Source: Myxococcota bacterium
GTDB lineage: Bacteria > Myxococcota_A > Polyangia > Nannocystales > Nannocystaceae
Length of the DNA: 64,000 nt
Assembly (NCBI GenBank): GCA_039028615.1
Contig: JBCCHT010000034.1
Coordinates: 64,001 to 128,000 of the forward strand
Reading direction: 5' to 3'
The notes under the pieces were generated by a model. The model saw nothing but the letters and a program-made list of their open reading frames with translations. It was not told the DNA's origin and ran no database searches. A program made the position numbers and the translations under genes. Numbering within the stretch: position 1 is the stretch's first letter; each line of letters opens with the position of its first letter. Of this stretch, positions 19,377-29,222 are shown one piece after another.

Positions 19377-22151
19377 CTAGCGCCCCCCCGGCGTGAGCAG
19401 ATAAAGACCGATCACGTCGACCGGCAGCAACGGCTCGACCGCATGGGAACCAGACGCCCGCGAGGCCTTACGCGCGCGGCGATGCTCCTCGAGCAGCAAC
19501 TGCGCCCGCTCGCGCGCATGCTCGTCGAGTCGCTCACGATGCTCTCGTAGCTGCCCGAGCGCGGCCTCGATCTCGGCCGGCGAGGGAGCCTCGGGCTCCA
19601 TCCACGGCGCATCGGTGAGCAGCGCCATGGCCTCGTCGCCCGAGGACCGCGGCGCCCCATCGTCCGTCGACCAGGCCACCGCCACCGCCTCCTCGACGAT
19701 CGCGCTGCGGCGCTGCTGGGCGCGACGAGTCGTCAGCCGATGCCGTAGCCGCAGCAACGCGACCGTGGTGGGCACGGTGACCGCCTCGCTGCTCCACTGA
19801 CCGACCCGCCCCAAGCTCCCCGCCGTGCTCTCGCCCGGCGGCCGCGGAGCGAGGGTGCGGTCGAGCAGGGTCTCGGCCAGGACGCGCACCAGGGGGTGAC
19901 TGCGGTGAATCGAGCGGCAGCGCGGGCTCGCGGGATAGTCGAAGTCCACGCGGAGTGTCCCCTCGAGCCCCTCGGCGGCCAAGCCCTCGCGAACGACCCG
20001 AGGCAGATCGTCGAGCCGAATCTCGAAGCCCGGCTCCAGCGACCGCAACGCTCCGCCCAGGTGCTCCAGCGCGTGCTCCACGAAGCGCCGCACGTCCTCG
20101 CGAGAGCCGATGGAGGCCAGCGCCCGGGTCCACTGCGGCAGCACCTCCTCGGGCTGGAGCCGCCGCTGCGCAAACACGGTGCGGCTACGTCGGGCTCGCT
20201 GTGCCGCGTTCGTCCACTCGTCTTCGAGCCGCTCCGCTTCCTCGCTGGCGGAGAAGTCGAGCTCCAGCTGACGCTCGGCCCGACGCGGGTCGACGAACAC
20301 CGCCTGCATCAACGCGCGGGTCAGGGCCTCCCCTTCGGCGGGCAGCGGCACGGGGACCCCGAGTTCCGCCCGGATCTTCGCCGCCTTGCGCACGATGACC
20401 TCGAGCACCGCGCCGTCGACCGGGTTGTTGACGCCGTATAGCAGCGTGGTGCGCACGACCGGGCTGCCCTGCCCGAAGCGATCGACCCGCCCCTCTCGCT
20501 GCTCGTGCCGGGTGGGGTTCCACGACAGGTCGTAGTGCACCACCGCATCGAAGTGCTCTTGGAGGTTGATGCCCTCGGACAAGCAGTCGGTAGCGACCAG
20601 GATCCGCCGTGGCGCATCGCCCAGCGCCTCGACCCGGCGCTTGCGCTCCGCGGCCCCGAGTTCACCCGTGACCGCATCGACCGCGACGCCCTCGAATTTC
20701 AGCCGCTCGCTCAAGTAGTGCGCGGTGGCGATGTAGCGACAGAACACGACCGGATCGAAGCCGTCGGCCAAAAGCCGCCCCAGGTGCTCACGCAGGCAGG
20801 CCAGCTTGGGGTCGGCCCCGCTGGCCACCAAGCGCTCCGCCTGGGCGAGCAACACGGTGAGCAGCACCCCATCGACGGCCACCGCGGGCTCGCGATCGTC
20901 CTGGCCGCCCAGCCCCTCGACCCCGTCGGCAATGCGCTCGGCCAGCTCCTCGGCGGGGGTCTCCGCGTCGGCTCGGTTGCGCAGCGCAGCGAGGGCCGCC
21001 GCCGGGCTCGAGCCCGCGCAACGCATCAAGGCCAGCGAGGACCAATACGTCGTCGATGGCGTCGGCTCGGCCCCCGGCTTGGCCTCGACCACCTCGGCGC
21101 AGTGCCGCAGCACCTGGGCGAAGAACTCCTCTCCCTCGCCCACCAGCGCGTAGGTCAGCTCGGTCGTCTCGCGCCGCGGGAAGATGCGCCCCTGCTGCCA
21201 CTCGGCGATGTCGGGGCGGCGGCGCTGCACGAAGTGCCGCGACAGCTCGCGACGCAGCGTCTTGCGCTGGTCGGCGTCGGCATCGGCCAGCGCTTCGAAG
21301 CGAGCATCGAGCAGCCCGAGCAGCGCATGAAAAGCCCGGTCGTCACCGCTATGCGGCGTGGCGGTCAGCAGCACCAAGTGACGCTGCGGGTCCTGGGACA
21401 GCCCCTGAAGTAGCTCGTAGCGCTGGTGCCGACCCCGACCGTGGCTCGTACAGGTATGCGCTTCATCGACGATCACGAACCCCGGGCAGGCCCGCAAAAA
21501 CTCCGCCCGCCGACGCTCGCTCTTGATGTAGTCGAGGCTCACCACCGTATGCGGGTGCGCCCCGAAGATGCTCTCCCCCTGCGGGAGCCTTCGCTCGAGC
21601 CGCGAAGCGCTCGCGGCCGTGACCGCCACCGCATGCAGGTTGAAGTGCTCCTCGAGCTCGCGGACCCACTGGTCGACCAAGTGCGGCGGACACAGCACCG
21701 TGGTGCGCTCGATGTCCCCACGATCGAGGAGCTCCCGGGCGATGAGCGCAGCCTCGATGGTCTTGCCGATGCCCACGTCGTCGGCGACCAGCAGCCGAAT
21801 CGTCGGCATCCGCAGGGCCATCAGCAGCGGCACGAGCTGATACGCCCGGGGCTCCACCGCCAGCTGTCCCAGACTCCGAAAGGGGCCCGCCCCCGCCCGC
21901 GTGCACAGCACCAGCGCGTCGCGAAGCAGCCGCGCGTTGGTGTGGTCACCGCTCTCGTCCGCCCGGGGCCAACCGAAGGTCGCGGCGGTCACCGGCTCCA
22001 GCTCGAGCGGGGCGTAGATCAGCACCTGCTCCGTCTCGGAGCCCGACACCGGCCGCAGATGCAGCGTCTGCTCGTCACTGCCAGCCAAGACGATCCAGTC
22101 TCTGCCGCGAGCGCGAACCAGGCTCCCGGGACGATGGCGGGCAGCGTTCAT
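19377..22151 (-). CDS. SNF2-family helicase (DISARM DrmD-like)
   Basis: N-terminus PGSLVRARGRDW; LLVADDVGIGKT, DEAH, LLTATPHSG, SEGINLQ, YDLSWNPTRHEQREGRVDRFGQ. Stop lies 2 nt from the methyltransferase start. Confidence 0.88.
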   Translation of the reverse strand: MNAARHRPGSLVRARGRDWIVLAGSDEQTLHLRPVSGSETEQVLIYAPLELEPVTAATFGWPRADESGDHTNARLLRDALVLCTRAGAGPFRSLGQLAVEPRAYQLVPLLMALRMPTIRLLVADDVGIGKTIEAALIARELLDRGDIERTTVLCPPHLVDQWVRELEEHFNLHAVAVTAASASRLERRLPQGESIFGAHPHTVVSLDYIKSERRRAEFLRACPGFVIVDEAHTCTSHGRGRHQRYELLQGLSQDPQRHLVLLTATPHSGDDRAFHALLGLLDARFEALADADADQRKTLRRELSRHFVQRRRPDIAEWQQGRIFPRRETTELTYALVGEGEEFFAQVLRHCAEVVEAKPGAEPTPSTTYWSSLALMRCAGSSPAAALAALRNRADAETPAEELAERIADGVEGLGGQDDREPAVAVDGVLLTVLLAQAERLVASGADPKLACLREHLGRLLADGFDPVVFCRYIATAHYLSERLKFEGVAVDAVTGELGAAERKRRVEALGDAPRRILVATDCLSEGINLQEHFDAVVHYDLSWNPTRHEQREGRVDRFGQGSPVVRTTLLYGVNNPVDGAVLEVIVRKAAKIRAELGVPVPLPAEGEALTRALMQAVFVDPRRAERQLELDFSASEEAERLEDEWTNAAQRARRSRTVFAQRRLQPEEVLPQWTRALASIGSREDVRRFVEHALEHLGGALRSLEPGFEIRLDDLPRVVREGLAAEGLEGTLRVDFDYPASPRCRSIHRSHPLVRVLAETLLDRTLAPRPPGESTAGSLGRVGQWSSEAVTVPTTVALLRLRHRLTTRRAQQRRSAIVEEAVAVAWSTDDGAPRSSGDEAMALLTDAPWMEPEAPSPAEIEAALGQLREHRERLDEHARERAQLLLEEHRRARKASRASGSHAVEPLLPVDVIGLYLLTPGGR

Positions 22152-22221
22152 GCGACGAGTCGGGCGCCTTTCGGCTCGGCCTTCCTACCACAGCGTGGCC
22201 CCCGTGTTACACCCCGAGGGC

Positions 22222-22854
22222 ATGGTCACGGGGCGCTACTACGTGGTGTGGATCGGGCGCGAGCCCGGCATCTACCGCGAGTGGGCGCAGTGCCGGGCCC
22301 AGGTCGACGACTTCCCCGGAGCCCTGTATCGCACCTACCCCTCGGCGGTGGAGGCCCAACGCGCGTGGGTCGAGGCGGGCGGCGAACCCATCCCGCTCGA
22401 CGAGCCCGAGCAACCGGACGAGACCGCGTCGCCCTGGGGCGAGGACGGGCCGGCTCCGGGCGCCATCGCGGTCGATGCCGCGTGCAGCGGCAACCCCGGG
22501 CCCATGGAGTACCGCGGCGTCGAGATCGATACCGGAGAGCAGCTGTTTTTGGTGGGCCCGATGCTCGGCAACAACAACCTGGGCGAGTTCCTGGCCGTGG
22601 TGCACGGGCTCGCATGGCAGAAGGCCAAGGGTCGCAGCGAGCCCATCTACTCCGACTCCCGCACGGCCCTCGACTGGGTCCGTCGCGGCCGGGTGAGCAC
22701 GACGCTCGAGCGCACGCCCGAGACCGCCCACATCTGGCAGCTCGTCGACCGGGCCCATCACTGGCTCCACCACGAAGCGCCCGGCGTCCTCGAGCTCCGC
22801 AAGTGGCCCACGCGGCGCTGGGGCGAGATTCCAGCGGACTTCGGTCGCAAGTAG
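22222..22854 (+). CDS. rnhA: Ribonuclease HI with N-terminal hybrid-binding (viroplasmin-like) domain
   Basis: YYVVWIGREPGIYREW (hybrid-binding domain); VDAACSGNPGPMEYRGV, NNLGEFLA, IYSDS, WGEIPADFGRK. Confidence 0.88.
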   Translation: MVTGRYYVVWIGREPGIYREWAQCRAQVDDFPGALYRTYPSAVEAQRAWVEAGGEPIPLDEPEQPDETASPWGEDGPAPGAIAVDAACSGNPGPMEYRGVEIDTGEQLFLVGPMLGNNNLGEFLAVVHGLAWQKAKGRSEPIYSDSRTALDWVRRGRVSTTLERTPETAHIWQLVDRAHHWLHHEAPGVLELRKWPTRRWGEIPADFGRK

Positions 22855-22915
22855 CCCTTTGCTCGGAATGTCGCGGTGTGCAGCCGCGTCCTGGGCTGCT
22901 AGGTACGAAGAGCCG

Positions 22916-23905
22916 GTGCCGGAACAGCTCAAGGAAATCGCCTTTGCCCTGATGGGCTGGGTCCTGACCCCGGCGGGGTTGGTGCTGGCGCTCCTCGTGC
23001 GGGTCCTGTGGCGTAGGGCGGCACGGTGGCGGCCTCGCTGGCGCGTGGTGGGTCGCACGGGCGCGAGCCTGCTGGCGTTCCTCACCCTCGCCTGTCTCGT
23101 CGGCGGCAGCATCGGGCTGTGGGTGCGCTACCGGCCCCAGCCCAGCGCGACGGAGCGCACCTTGTTCCCCGGCGCCACCTACCGTCGCTTTTCTCGCCAG
23201 ACCCCGCGACCCATCGCCGTCCACGTGGTCACCCTCGACCTCACCACGCCCGGCCTGTCGCTCGTGCCCACGAGCGGCGCCACCGGGGCCTGCCTGCCCG
23301 CCACCACCACCTCCAACTTCCTCGCGGAGCAACGGGTTCAGCTGGCGATCAACACCCAATTCTTCTTCGTCTGCCCCGGCCAGCCCAACCCCGAACAGCT
23401 CACCCCCGGCCAGCTCCAGCACCCGGTGGGACGCTACGCGGTCGCGGGCGAGATCGTGGTGGGCAACCGCTGGAACGGCAACACCATGTTCATCGCCGAG
23501 GACGGCACGGTCAGCCTCTTCGATCGCCCCGAGACGCTGCACCACGCGATTTCCGGGCGTCATCGGCTGGTCGTCGAGGGGCGGGCCGCGCTGCTCGATG
23601 CGAGCGGGCTGGCCCCGCGCCTGGCTCTCGGTTTCGACGAGGCGCGCGAGCGCATGACCATCGTCCTCGTCGACGGTCGCCAGCCCGGCTTCAGCGAAGG
23701 CGTCACCCTGCCCGAGCTGGCCGAGCTCATGGTGGAGCTGGGCGTCTACGATGGCATCGAGTTCGACGGCGGTGGCTCGGCCACGCTGGTCGTCGAAGAC
23801 GAGGATGGCGAGCCCGAGGTCCTCAACTCGCCCATCCACACCCGGATCCCGGGGCGCGAGCGCCCGGTCGCCAATCACCTCGGCGTCCGAGCCCCTTCGC
23901 CGTAG
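22916..23905 (+). CDS. Membrane-anchored phosphodiester glycosidase (NAGPA family)
   Basis: Two N-terminal TM helices; AINTQFF, PRLALG, VDGRQPGFSEG, FDGGGS, ERPVAN. Start uncertain (22859-22952). Confidence 0.8.
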   Translation: MPEQLKEIAFALMGWVLTPAGLVLALLVRVLWRRAARWRPRWRVVGRTGASLLAFLTLACLVGGSIGLWVRYRPQPSATERTLFPGATYRRFSRQTPRPIAVHVVTLDLTTPGLSLVPTSGATGACLPATTTSNFLAEQRVQLAINTQFFFVCPGQPNPEQLTPGQLQHPVGRYAVAGEIVVGNRWNGNTMFIAEDGTVSLFDRPETLHHAISGRHRLVVEGRAALLDASGLAPRLALGFDEARERMTIVLVDGRQPGFSEGVTLPELAELMVELGVYDGIEFDGGGSATLVVEDEDGEPEVLNSPIHTRIPGRERPVANHLGVRAPSP

Positions 23906-23910
23906 GGGCC

Positions 23911-24792
23911 TCAGCGCACGAGGAAGCGCCGCAGCGCCCGGCCGTGGACCTCCGCGTCGCGCTCGCCCTGCTCGATGATCCGATCGACCAGCTCGGCCCG
24001 CGCATGCTCACCGCGCCGCACCGGGCTCGGCCCCGAGGGCGCCACGTAGAGCCGATTGCCCTTGTCTCCCACCTTCGACGCGGGATAACGCCGCGTCAGC
24101 AAGACCACGTTGCGCCGCACGCCCGCGATCCCGTCGGCGACCGAAGCCGGCACATCGTCCACCATGCCCCCGTCCACCAGCCGCCGCCCTCCAAAGCGCT
24201 CCGATCGCGTCAGCGAAGGCCCCGTCGACGACGCGATGATCAGATCGGTGAGCTGCTTCGGACTCCGGCACTCCCTCGCATCCACCACATGAGAGCGAAA
24301 CCCGAGGGTCCGCCCCGCCACCGGATGCACCGCGTCTCGCCGTAGCCGCTGCTCGATGGTCTTGGCCGCGATCCCCAGCACCGTCCCCACCTGCGCGGGC
24401 ACCAGGCGGGGCGGCACCGCGGTGGTCACCAGCACGGGAAAGGGCAAGGCCCGAACCTTCGGCAGCCCGTCCTCCGAGAACGCACACATCAGCGTGTCGC
24501 GAAAGACGTCGGGGCGAGGGTCGGGCCGCTGCCCGCGAAGCAAGCGACCCAACTCGAATCGCCCCCGCACCCCCTGCCGACGCGCTCGCCAAAACCGTAG
24601 CGTCTGCGTCTCTCGACCCATCAGCCACACCAGCGCCACGCAGGCCCCGACCCCGCACGCGGCCACGCCACCGATCCGCGGCCGCAGTCGCTCCCCCCAG
24701 CCATGCAACAAACCCAGCTGATAAAACGCCCGGTTGCCGCCCCCCGCGAAGGTGATGGCGACATCCCGAGGAGCAGCGGGCGTGGTCGTCAC
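23911..24792 (-). CDS. Patatin-like phospholipase family protein lacking the catalytic Ser
   Basis: FAGGGNRAFYQLG and LVDGGM present; the GxSxG position reads ACGVG. Confidence 0.75.
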   Translation of the reverse strand: MTTTPAAPRDVAITFAGGGNRAFYQLGLLHGWGERLRPRIGGVAACGVGACVALVWLMGRETQTLRFWRARRQGVRGRFELGRLLRGQRPDPRPDVFRDTLMCAFSEDGLPKVRALPFPVLVTTAVPPRLVPAQVGTVLGIAAKTIEQRLRRDAVHPVAGRTLGFRSHVVDARECRSPKQLTDLIIASSTGPSLTRSERFGGRRLVDGGMVDDVPASVADGIAGVRRNVVLLTRRYPASKVGDKGNRLYVAPSGPSPVRRGEHARAELVDRIIEQGERDAEVHGRALRRFLVR

Positions 24793-24811
24793 GAGCGTCG
24801 ATATAACCCGG

Positions 24812-26302
24812 TCAGCGCGGCGGCGCCATGATCGCCCGGCGAGCCGCTGCGGCGGGGTGTTGGTCGTCCAAAGACACCTCCCCGTCGTTCACTTGCACGC
24901 CGAGCCGAGCCATCGCCGCCTCGACATCCGGCAGCTGATTGCCCGCCAAGACCTCCTCGGCGACCCGGGTGAACAACGGCTCCCCGTGCCAGGTGTCGAG
25001 GCGCTGGAGCAGCTCGGAGGCATCCCAGCGGAACGTGGCGTCACCACAGCAGCGCCGCAGCTCGACCATCGCGTCGTCCAGCCCCCGCTCCCCGCCAGAG
25101 TCGAGGCGCAGCTGGACGTCGATCAAAAACGCGACCGAGGCCCCGCCCCAGTACACCCGCTGGTAGGCGCCAACCCGCCGCATCGCGGCGCTCGACTCGG
25201 CCAGCGTGGTCTCGCCCCCGCGCCGCCGACCGCGTTCGAACGCATCGAACAATGCCTGCCACCCCTCGAGCTCGGTGCGATGACCCATGCGCGTGCGCAT
25301 CAGCTCGGTGTAGTAGCTCACCCAGCCTTCGGCCATCCACGGCTCGCGAATGAAGGGCATGCCGTGGTGCAGCAGCTCGTGCACCGTCGTCCAGCCGCCG
25401 GGGAGCTTGGCCGCCTCCGCCTCGTCGTCGAGGAAGATGAACACCCCCGGGCCTCCGCCGCGACCGGCGAGGCCGAAGTACACGGTGCCCGAGCCTCCCC
25501 CGGACACGGGGTTGATCACCAGCTGGAGTCGATCGCGGGGGAACCGTCCGCCGAAGAGCATCGCCACCGAGTCCACCGCGTCGGTGACCCAGGTTCGCAG
25601 CCCCTCGGGTGGACACGCGACCGGGGCATCGAGGGTGGTCAGCTCGATCTCCACCCCGGCTCGCTCGAAACGATCGACGGTCAGCGCACCGAACACGATG
25701 AAGGACAGCCAGTTGAAGGCGGTGCGATCCAGCTCGTAGGTCGCGTCGGGTGTTCCTCGTGGCGCCTCCCCCCGCGTGGGCCACGGCGTGGAGACCTCCA
25801 TGCCCTCGGGCAAGTCGAAGCGCAGCGTCACCTCGGGGTCCTTGGCCAGCGGGTACGGACGCCACAGCCACAGACCGGGTCGCGCCATCAAGCTGTCGCC
25901 CGCGTCCCCGATCATGCGACCGGTGCCCTCGGCCTGGAGCAACCCGGCGAAGTCCACCCGATAGTGCACACACGCCCCGGGTCCGAGCCCGGCCAGGCTC
26001 ACCCCGTCCTCGCCGACCTCCAGCGTGTTGCCATCGTCGTCGCGGAACTCCCGGGCGAAGGGCAGAGCGACCGAGACCCCGGGGATCAACATGTCCGGCG
26101 GCAGACCGTCGAAGCACACCTGCATCCCTGCCGACTCGAGCGAGGCGTCGGGGCTCATCACGTAGTGCCAGCCGTTGCGCGCGTCGGCAGCCGCTCCGCC
26201 CGGCGCCCCCGATGCCGACGCGCCGTCGCTTCGGCACGAGCCCAACGTCGACGCAAAGACGAGCGCGAGGCCCCGGGCAACGACGAGTCTGCGAGACGCC
26301 AT
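24812..26302 (-). CDS. Secreted/lipoprotein gluzincin-type Zn-metallopeptidase (M61-like)
   Basis: Lipobox LGSC; HELLH followed by WMAEGW (third-ligand Glu); YQRVYWGG. Confidence 0.72.
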   Translation of the reverse strand: MASRRLVVARGLALVFASTLGSCRSDGASASGAPGGAAADARNGWHYVMSPDASLESAGMQVCFDGLPPDMLIPGVSVALPFAREFRDDDGNTLEVGEDGVSLAGLGPGACVHYRVDFAGLLQAEGTGRMIGDAGDSLMARPGLWLWRPYPLAKDPEVTLRFDLPEGMEVSTPWPTRGEAPRGTPDATYELDRTAFNWLSFIVFGALTVDRFERAGVEIELTTLDAPVACPPEGLRTWVTDAVDSVAMLFGGRFPRDRLQLVINPVSGGGSGTVYFGLAGRGGGPGVFIFLDDEAEAAKLPGGWTTVHELLHHGMPFIREPWMAEGWVSYYTELMRTRMGHRTELEGWQALFDAFERGRRRGGETTLAESSAAMRRVGAYQRVYWGGASVAFLIDVQLRLDSGGERGLDDAMVELRRCCGDATFRWDASELLQRLDTWHGEPLFTRVAEEVLAGNQLPDVEAAMARLGVQVNDGEVSLDDQHPAAAARRAIMAPPR

Positions 26303-26369
26303 CCGCCCCTACCATCGCACGATCGATGACCCCCGCGCCTCCACCGAAGGCAGCGCGGGTCTCGCTCGC

Positions 26370-27383
26370 TCAGGCACTCGGCCCGAGCTCCACGACCGCC
26401 ACGAGATTGGCTCCGCGGCTCCAGTCGGGACCGGTCACCCGCTCGAGCACGGGGTCCAGCCGGTCGAGGCCATGGAGCACCGCCGAGACCGCCGCCCGTC
26501 GCAGCCGGTTGCCGCCACCTCCGACGCGGGCACTGGCCACCCCGACCGCTCCATCGTTGGCCGACGCCGCCTTGCCGCCACGTCGCAGCCACTGCACGCC
26601 CAAGTCGACGCCGGTGAGCATCGAGGGAAAGATCAACGAGCGCGCCTTGGGGGCGCTCCACAGGGCATGCACCCGCAGCCCGGCCCCGCGCGCGAGGTCG
26701 GCCAGCGTCTGCCGCTGGAAGAAGGTCAGGTGATCCCCCAGCTCGAGCGGCCGGTAACGAGCTCCCCACAGCGGCCGCGCCAGGTCATCCCAGTTGGGCA
26801 CCTCGATGACCGCGAACCCCGAGGGCCGCAGGTGCGCCCGAATCCACCGCAGCGCCGCCCCGGGCCGCCGCAGGTGCTCGAGCACGTGGGTCATGGTGAT
26901 GAGATCGAAGCGCTCGGACAGCTCGACGTCACTCTCGATGTCGAGCGCGTGCACCTGGTGCCCCGCGGCATGAGCCTCGGACGCGGCGGGCGAGCGCTCG
27001 ATGCCCACCGTCTGGTAGCCGGCCTCGCGCAGCAGGTCGAGCAAAAGCCCCGTGTTGCAGCCGATGTCCAGCGCTCGACCGCCCGCGGGAGCCGGCCGCA
27101 AGCGATTGCCCGACAGCTGCTGATACAGGGCCAGCGGAGGTCGCTTGCGCTCGCTGCCCGGCCGCGGCCCGACCACCTTCGCCTGCGTGTGCACCCGATC
27201 CCCGTAGTGGGCGTCGAGAAAGCGCGGCGCGAACCCGTGGGTCGCGTGCACCAGCCCGCACGCGTCGCACTTGACGATCGCGATTCCCCCGTGCGGAGCC
27301 AACACCTCGGTGCGCTGCGCCGAATCACAGCCGGGGCAGCGCGTCACTTCAACCAGAGGCGGAGCATCGGGCTCGGTCGGCAC
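26370..27383 (-). CDS. Class I SAM-dependent methyltransferase with N-terminal Cys cluster
   Basis: CPGC and CDACG; ALDIGCNTG, FDLITMTHVLEHL, IEVPN. Confidence 0.85.
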   Translation of the reverse strand: MPTEPDAPPLVEVTRCPGCDSAQRTEVLAPHGGIAIVKCDACGLVHATHGFAPRFLDAHYGDRVHTQAKVVGPRPGSERKRPPLALYQQLSGNRLRPAPAGGRALDIGCNTGLLLDLLREAGYQTVGIERSPAASEAHAAGHQVHALDIESDVELSERFDLITMTHVLEHLRRPGAALRWIRAHLRPSGFAVIEVPNWDDLARPLWGARYRPLELGDHLTFFQRQTLADLARGAGLRVHALWSAPKARSLIFPSMLTGVDLGVQWLRRGGKAASANDGAVGVASARVGGGGNRLRRAAVSAVLHGLDRLDPVLERVTGPDWSRGANLVAVVELGPSA

Positions 27384-27409
27384 CGGTCGAGGCTACCATC
27401 GTCTGGACC

Positions 27410-29089
27410 ATGGCCACCCCGCTCGCCACGCTCGAGGTCCTCGTGGTCGATGGCCAGAGCACTGGAGCCAGTCCCGCCCACGGGCACCTGCTGGAGCTGG
27501 GATGGGCTCGGACCACGGCGGGCGCCGACCCGGACGCACTGCAGACCCACGCGCGGCTGGTGCAGCTCCCCGACGACGCCGAGATTCCCCGCACCGTCAC
27601 CCGCCTGACCGGCATCGGGCCCGACGAGATGAGCGACGCCGTGGCTCCTGCCGAGGTCTGGGCCGCGTGGCGCGAAGCGATGGAACCCGACCACCCGCCG
27701 CTGCTCATCCACTACGCCCGCTTCGAACGTCCTTTCTTGCACGCACTGCGACCGCAGGCGGCCGACGACGCCCCCGCCGAGTTCAACATCCTGTGCACCC
27801 ACGAGATCGCCCGCCGCCTGCTGCCCCAGCTGCCCCGCCGCGGGCTCCGGGCGCTGGCCGGCTACTACGGTCATGGCGTCGATGAACTCAAGCGCAGCGC
27901 CGAGCACGTCCGCGCCACGGCCTTCGTCTGGCACCACCTGGTGGCCGAGCTTCGCCAGCACGGCATCGAGACCCTCGAACAACTCGAGCCCTGGCTGGCC
28001 AAGCCCGCCCCACGACCGAGCGCCAAGCGGGCCTATCCCATGGATCGAGCCAAGCGCCTCGCCCTCCCCGAGTGCCCGGGCGTCTATCGCATGCGCCGAA
28101 GCAACGGGGAGCTGCTCTACGTCGGCAAGGCCACCTCGTTGCGTCAGCGCGTCAACAGCTACTTCACCAAGCATCGCAAGGTCCCCGAGCGCACCTTGGA
28201 GATGCTGACCCAGGCCCGCGACTTCGACGTCACGCCCACCGCTACCGTGCTCGAGGCCGCCCTGCTCGAGAGCGACGAGATCAAGGCGCACTCGCCTCCC
28301 TATAACGTCATGCTGCGCGGCGACGGACGCTCGGTCTGGTATGGCGACGCCGCGCTCGAGTCGTGGAGCGAGCACCCGAGCCCACGCCACCACGTGGGGC
28401 CCGTTCGCTCGCGCGGCCTCCTGCAGGCCTGGGCCAGCCTCACCGCGCCCGGCGACTCGATCCCGGCCGCGCTGCAACAACGCCTGTGGGCCGGTGACAC
28501 CATCGACGACGACGTGTGGCGCGAGGGTCGAGCGCTGCTGGCCACACGATGGTTCGACGGCCGCGACTCCTTCGATCGCAAGACCCTGGGCCGCGTCGGT
28601 GCTCAGCTGTGGCAGCAATGGCGCGAGGCCGATGCCGAGCCCCCGGCCGACGACGAAGACCCCGAGCCGGCCGATGCCGAGTCCGAACAACCGCAGTGGG
28701 ATCCACCGAGCATCGCCGATGCCCTCGAGCGCATCCTCGGAACCGGCGCCCACGCGCTACGGCGTGCGGCGTGGCTGCTGCGGCTGACGGAGTGCACGGT
28801 GCGACTGCGCCGAGACGCCACCACCGTGCGGGTCTTGCACTTCCGCGACGGCCAGCTCCATGAGCGCGAGGACACCACCGAAGACCGGCCACCCCCCACG
28901 CCTCCGCGATGGGCAACCCCGGCCTCGCTTCGTCGCCACGCCTTCGACCTCGCGACCTTCGACCGGCTCTGCATTCTCACCACCGAGCTTCGCCGATTGA
29001 TGCACGCCGATCCGAGCGTCGAGCTGCGCCTGAGCCCCCGCGATCGCCTCGATGCCCCGCGCCTGCGCCGGGCCCTGGCCTGGGTCTGA
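27410..29089 (+). CDS. DnaQ-like (DEDDh) exonuclease domain fused to UvrC-type GIY-YIG endonuclease
   Basis: Exo domain: VVDGQSTG, LTGI, HYARFE, LCT. GIY-YIG: PGVYRM...LLYVGKATSLRQRVNSYF, EAALLESDEIK...PPYN. Confidence 0.85.
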   Translation: MATPLATLEVLVVDGQSTGASPAHGHLLELGWARTTAGADPDALQTHARLVQLPDDAEIPRTVTRLTGIGPDEMSDAVAPAEVWAAWREAMEPDHPPLLIHYARFERPFLHALRPQAADDAPAEFNILCTHEIARRLLPQLPRRGLRALAGYYGHGVDELKRSAEHVRATAFVWHHLVAELRQHGIETLEQLEPWLAKPAPRPSAKRAYPMDRAKRLALPECPGVYRMRRSNGELLYVGKATSLRQRVNSYFTKHRKVPERTLEMLTQARDFDVTPTATVLEAALLESDEIKAHSPPYNVMLRGDGRSVWYGDAALESWSEHPSPRHHVGPVRSRGLLQAWASLTAPGDSIPAALQQRLWAGDTIDDDVWREGRALLATRWFDGRDSFDRKTLGRVGAQLWQQWREADAEPPADDEDPEPADAESEQPQWDPPSIADALERILGTGAHALRRAAWLLRLTECTVRLRRDATTVRVLHFRDGQLHEREDTTEDRPPPTPPRWATPASLRRHAFDLATFDRLCILTTELRRLMHADPSVELRLSPRDRLDAPRLRRALAWV

Positions 29090-29222
29090 GCGCCCGCGTC
29101 GACGCCGGCCTGGCGCCCGGTCCGAGACGGGACGGGTGTCCACCCCCGCCCCCGGAGCGACGCACGAACGTTTCCGGCCTGAAACGATGGTCCAGCGGGC
29201 GATCTCGGGCGTGGTCGGGAAT

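Noticed and set aside
12845..22151. Mobile genomic island
   Set aside because: No integrase, transposase, tRNA or flanking direct repeats detected; cannot be supported from this window alone.
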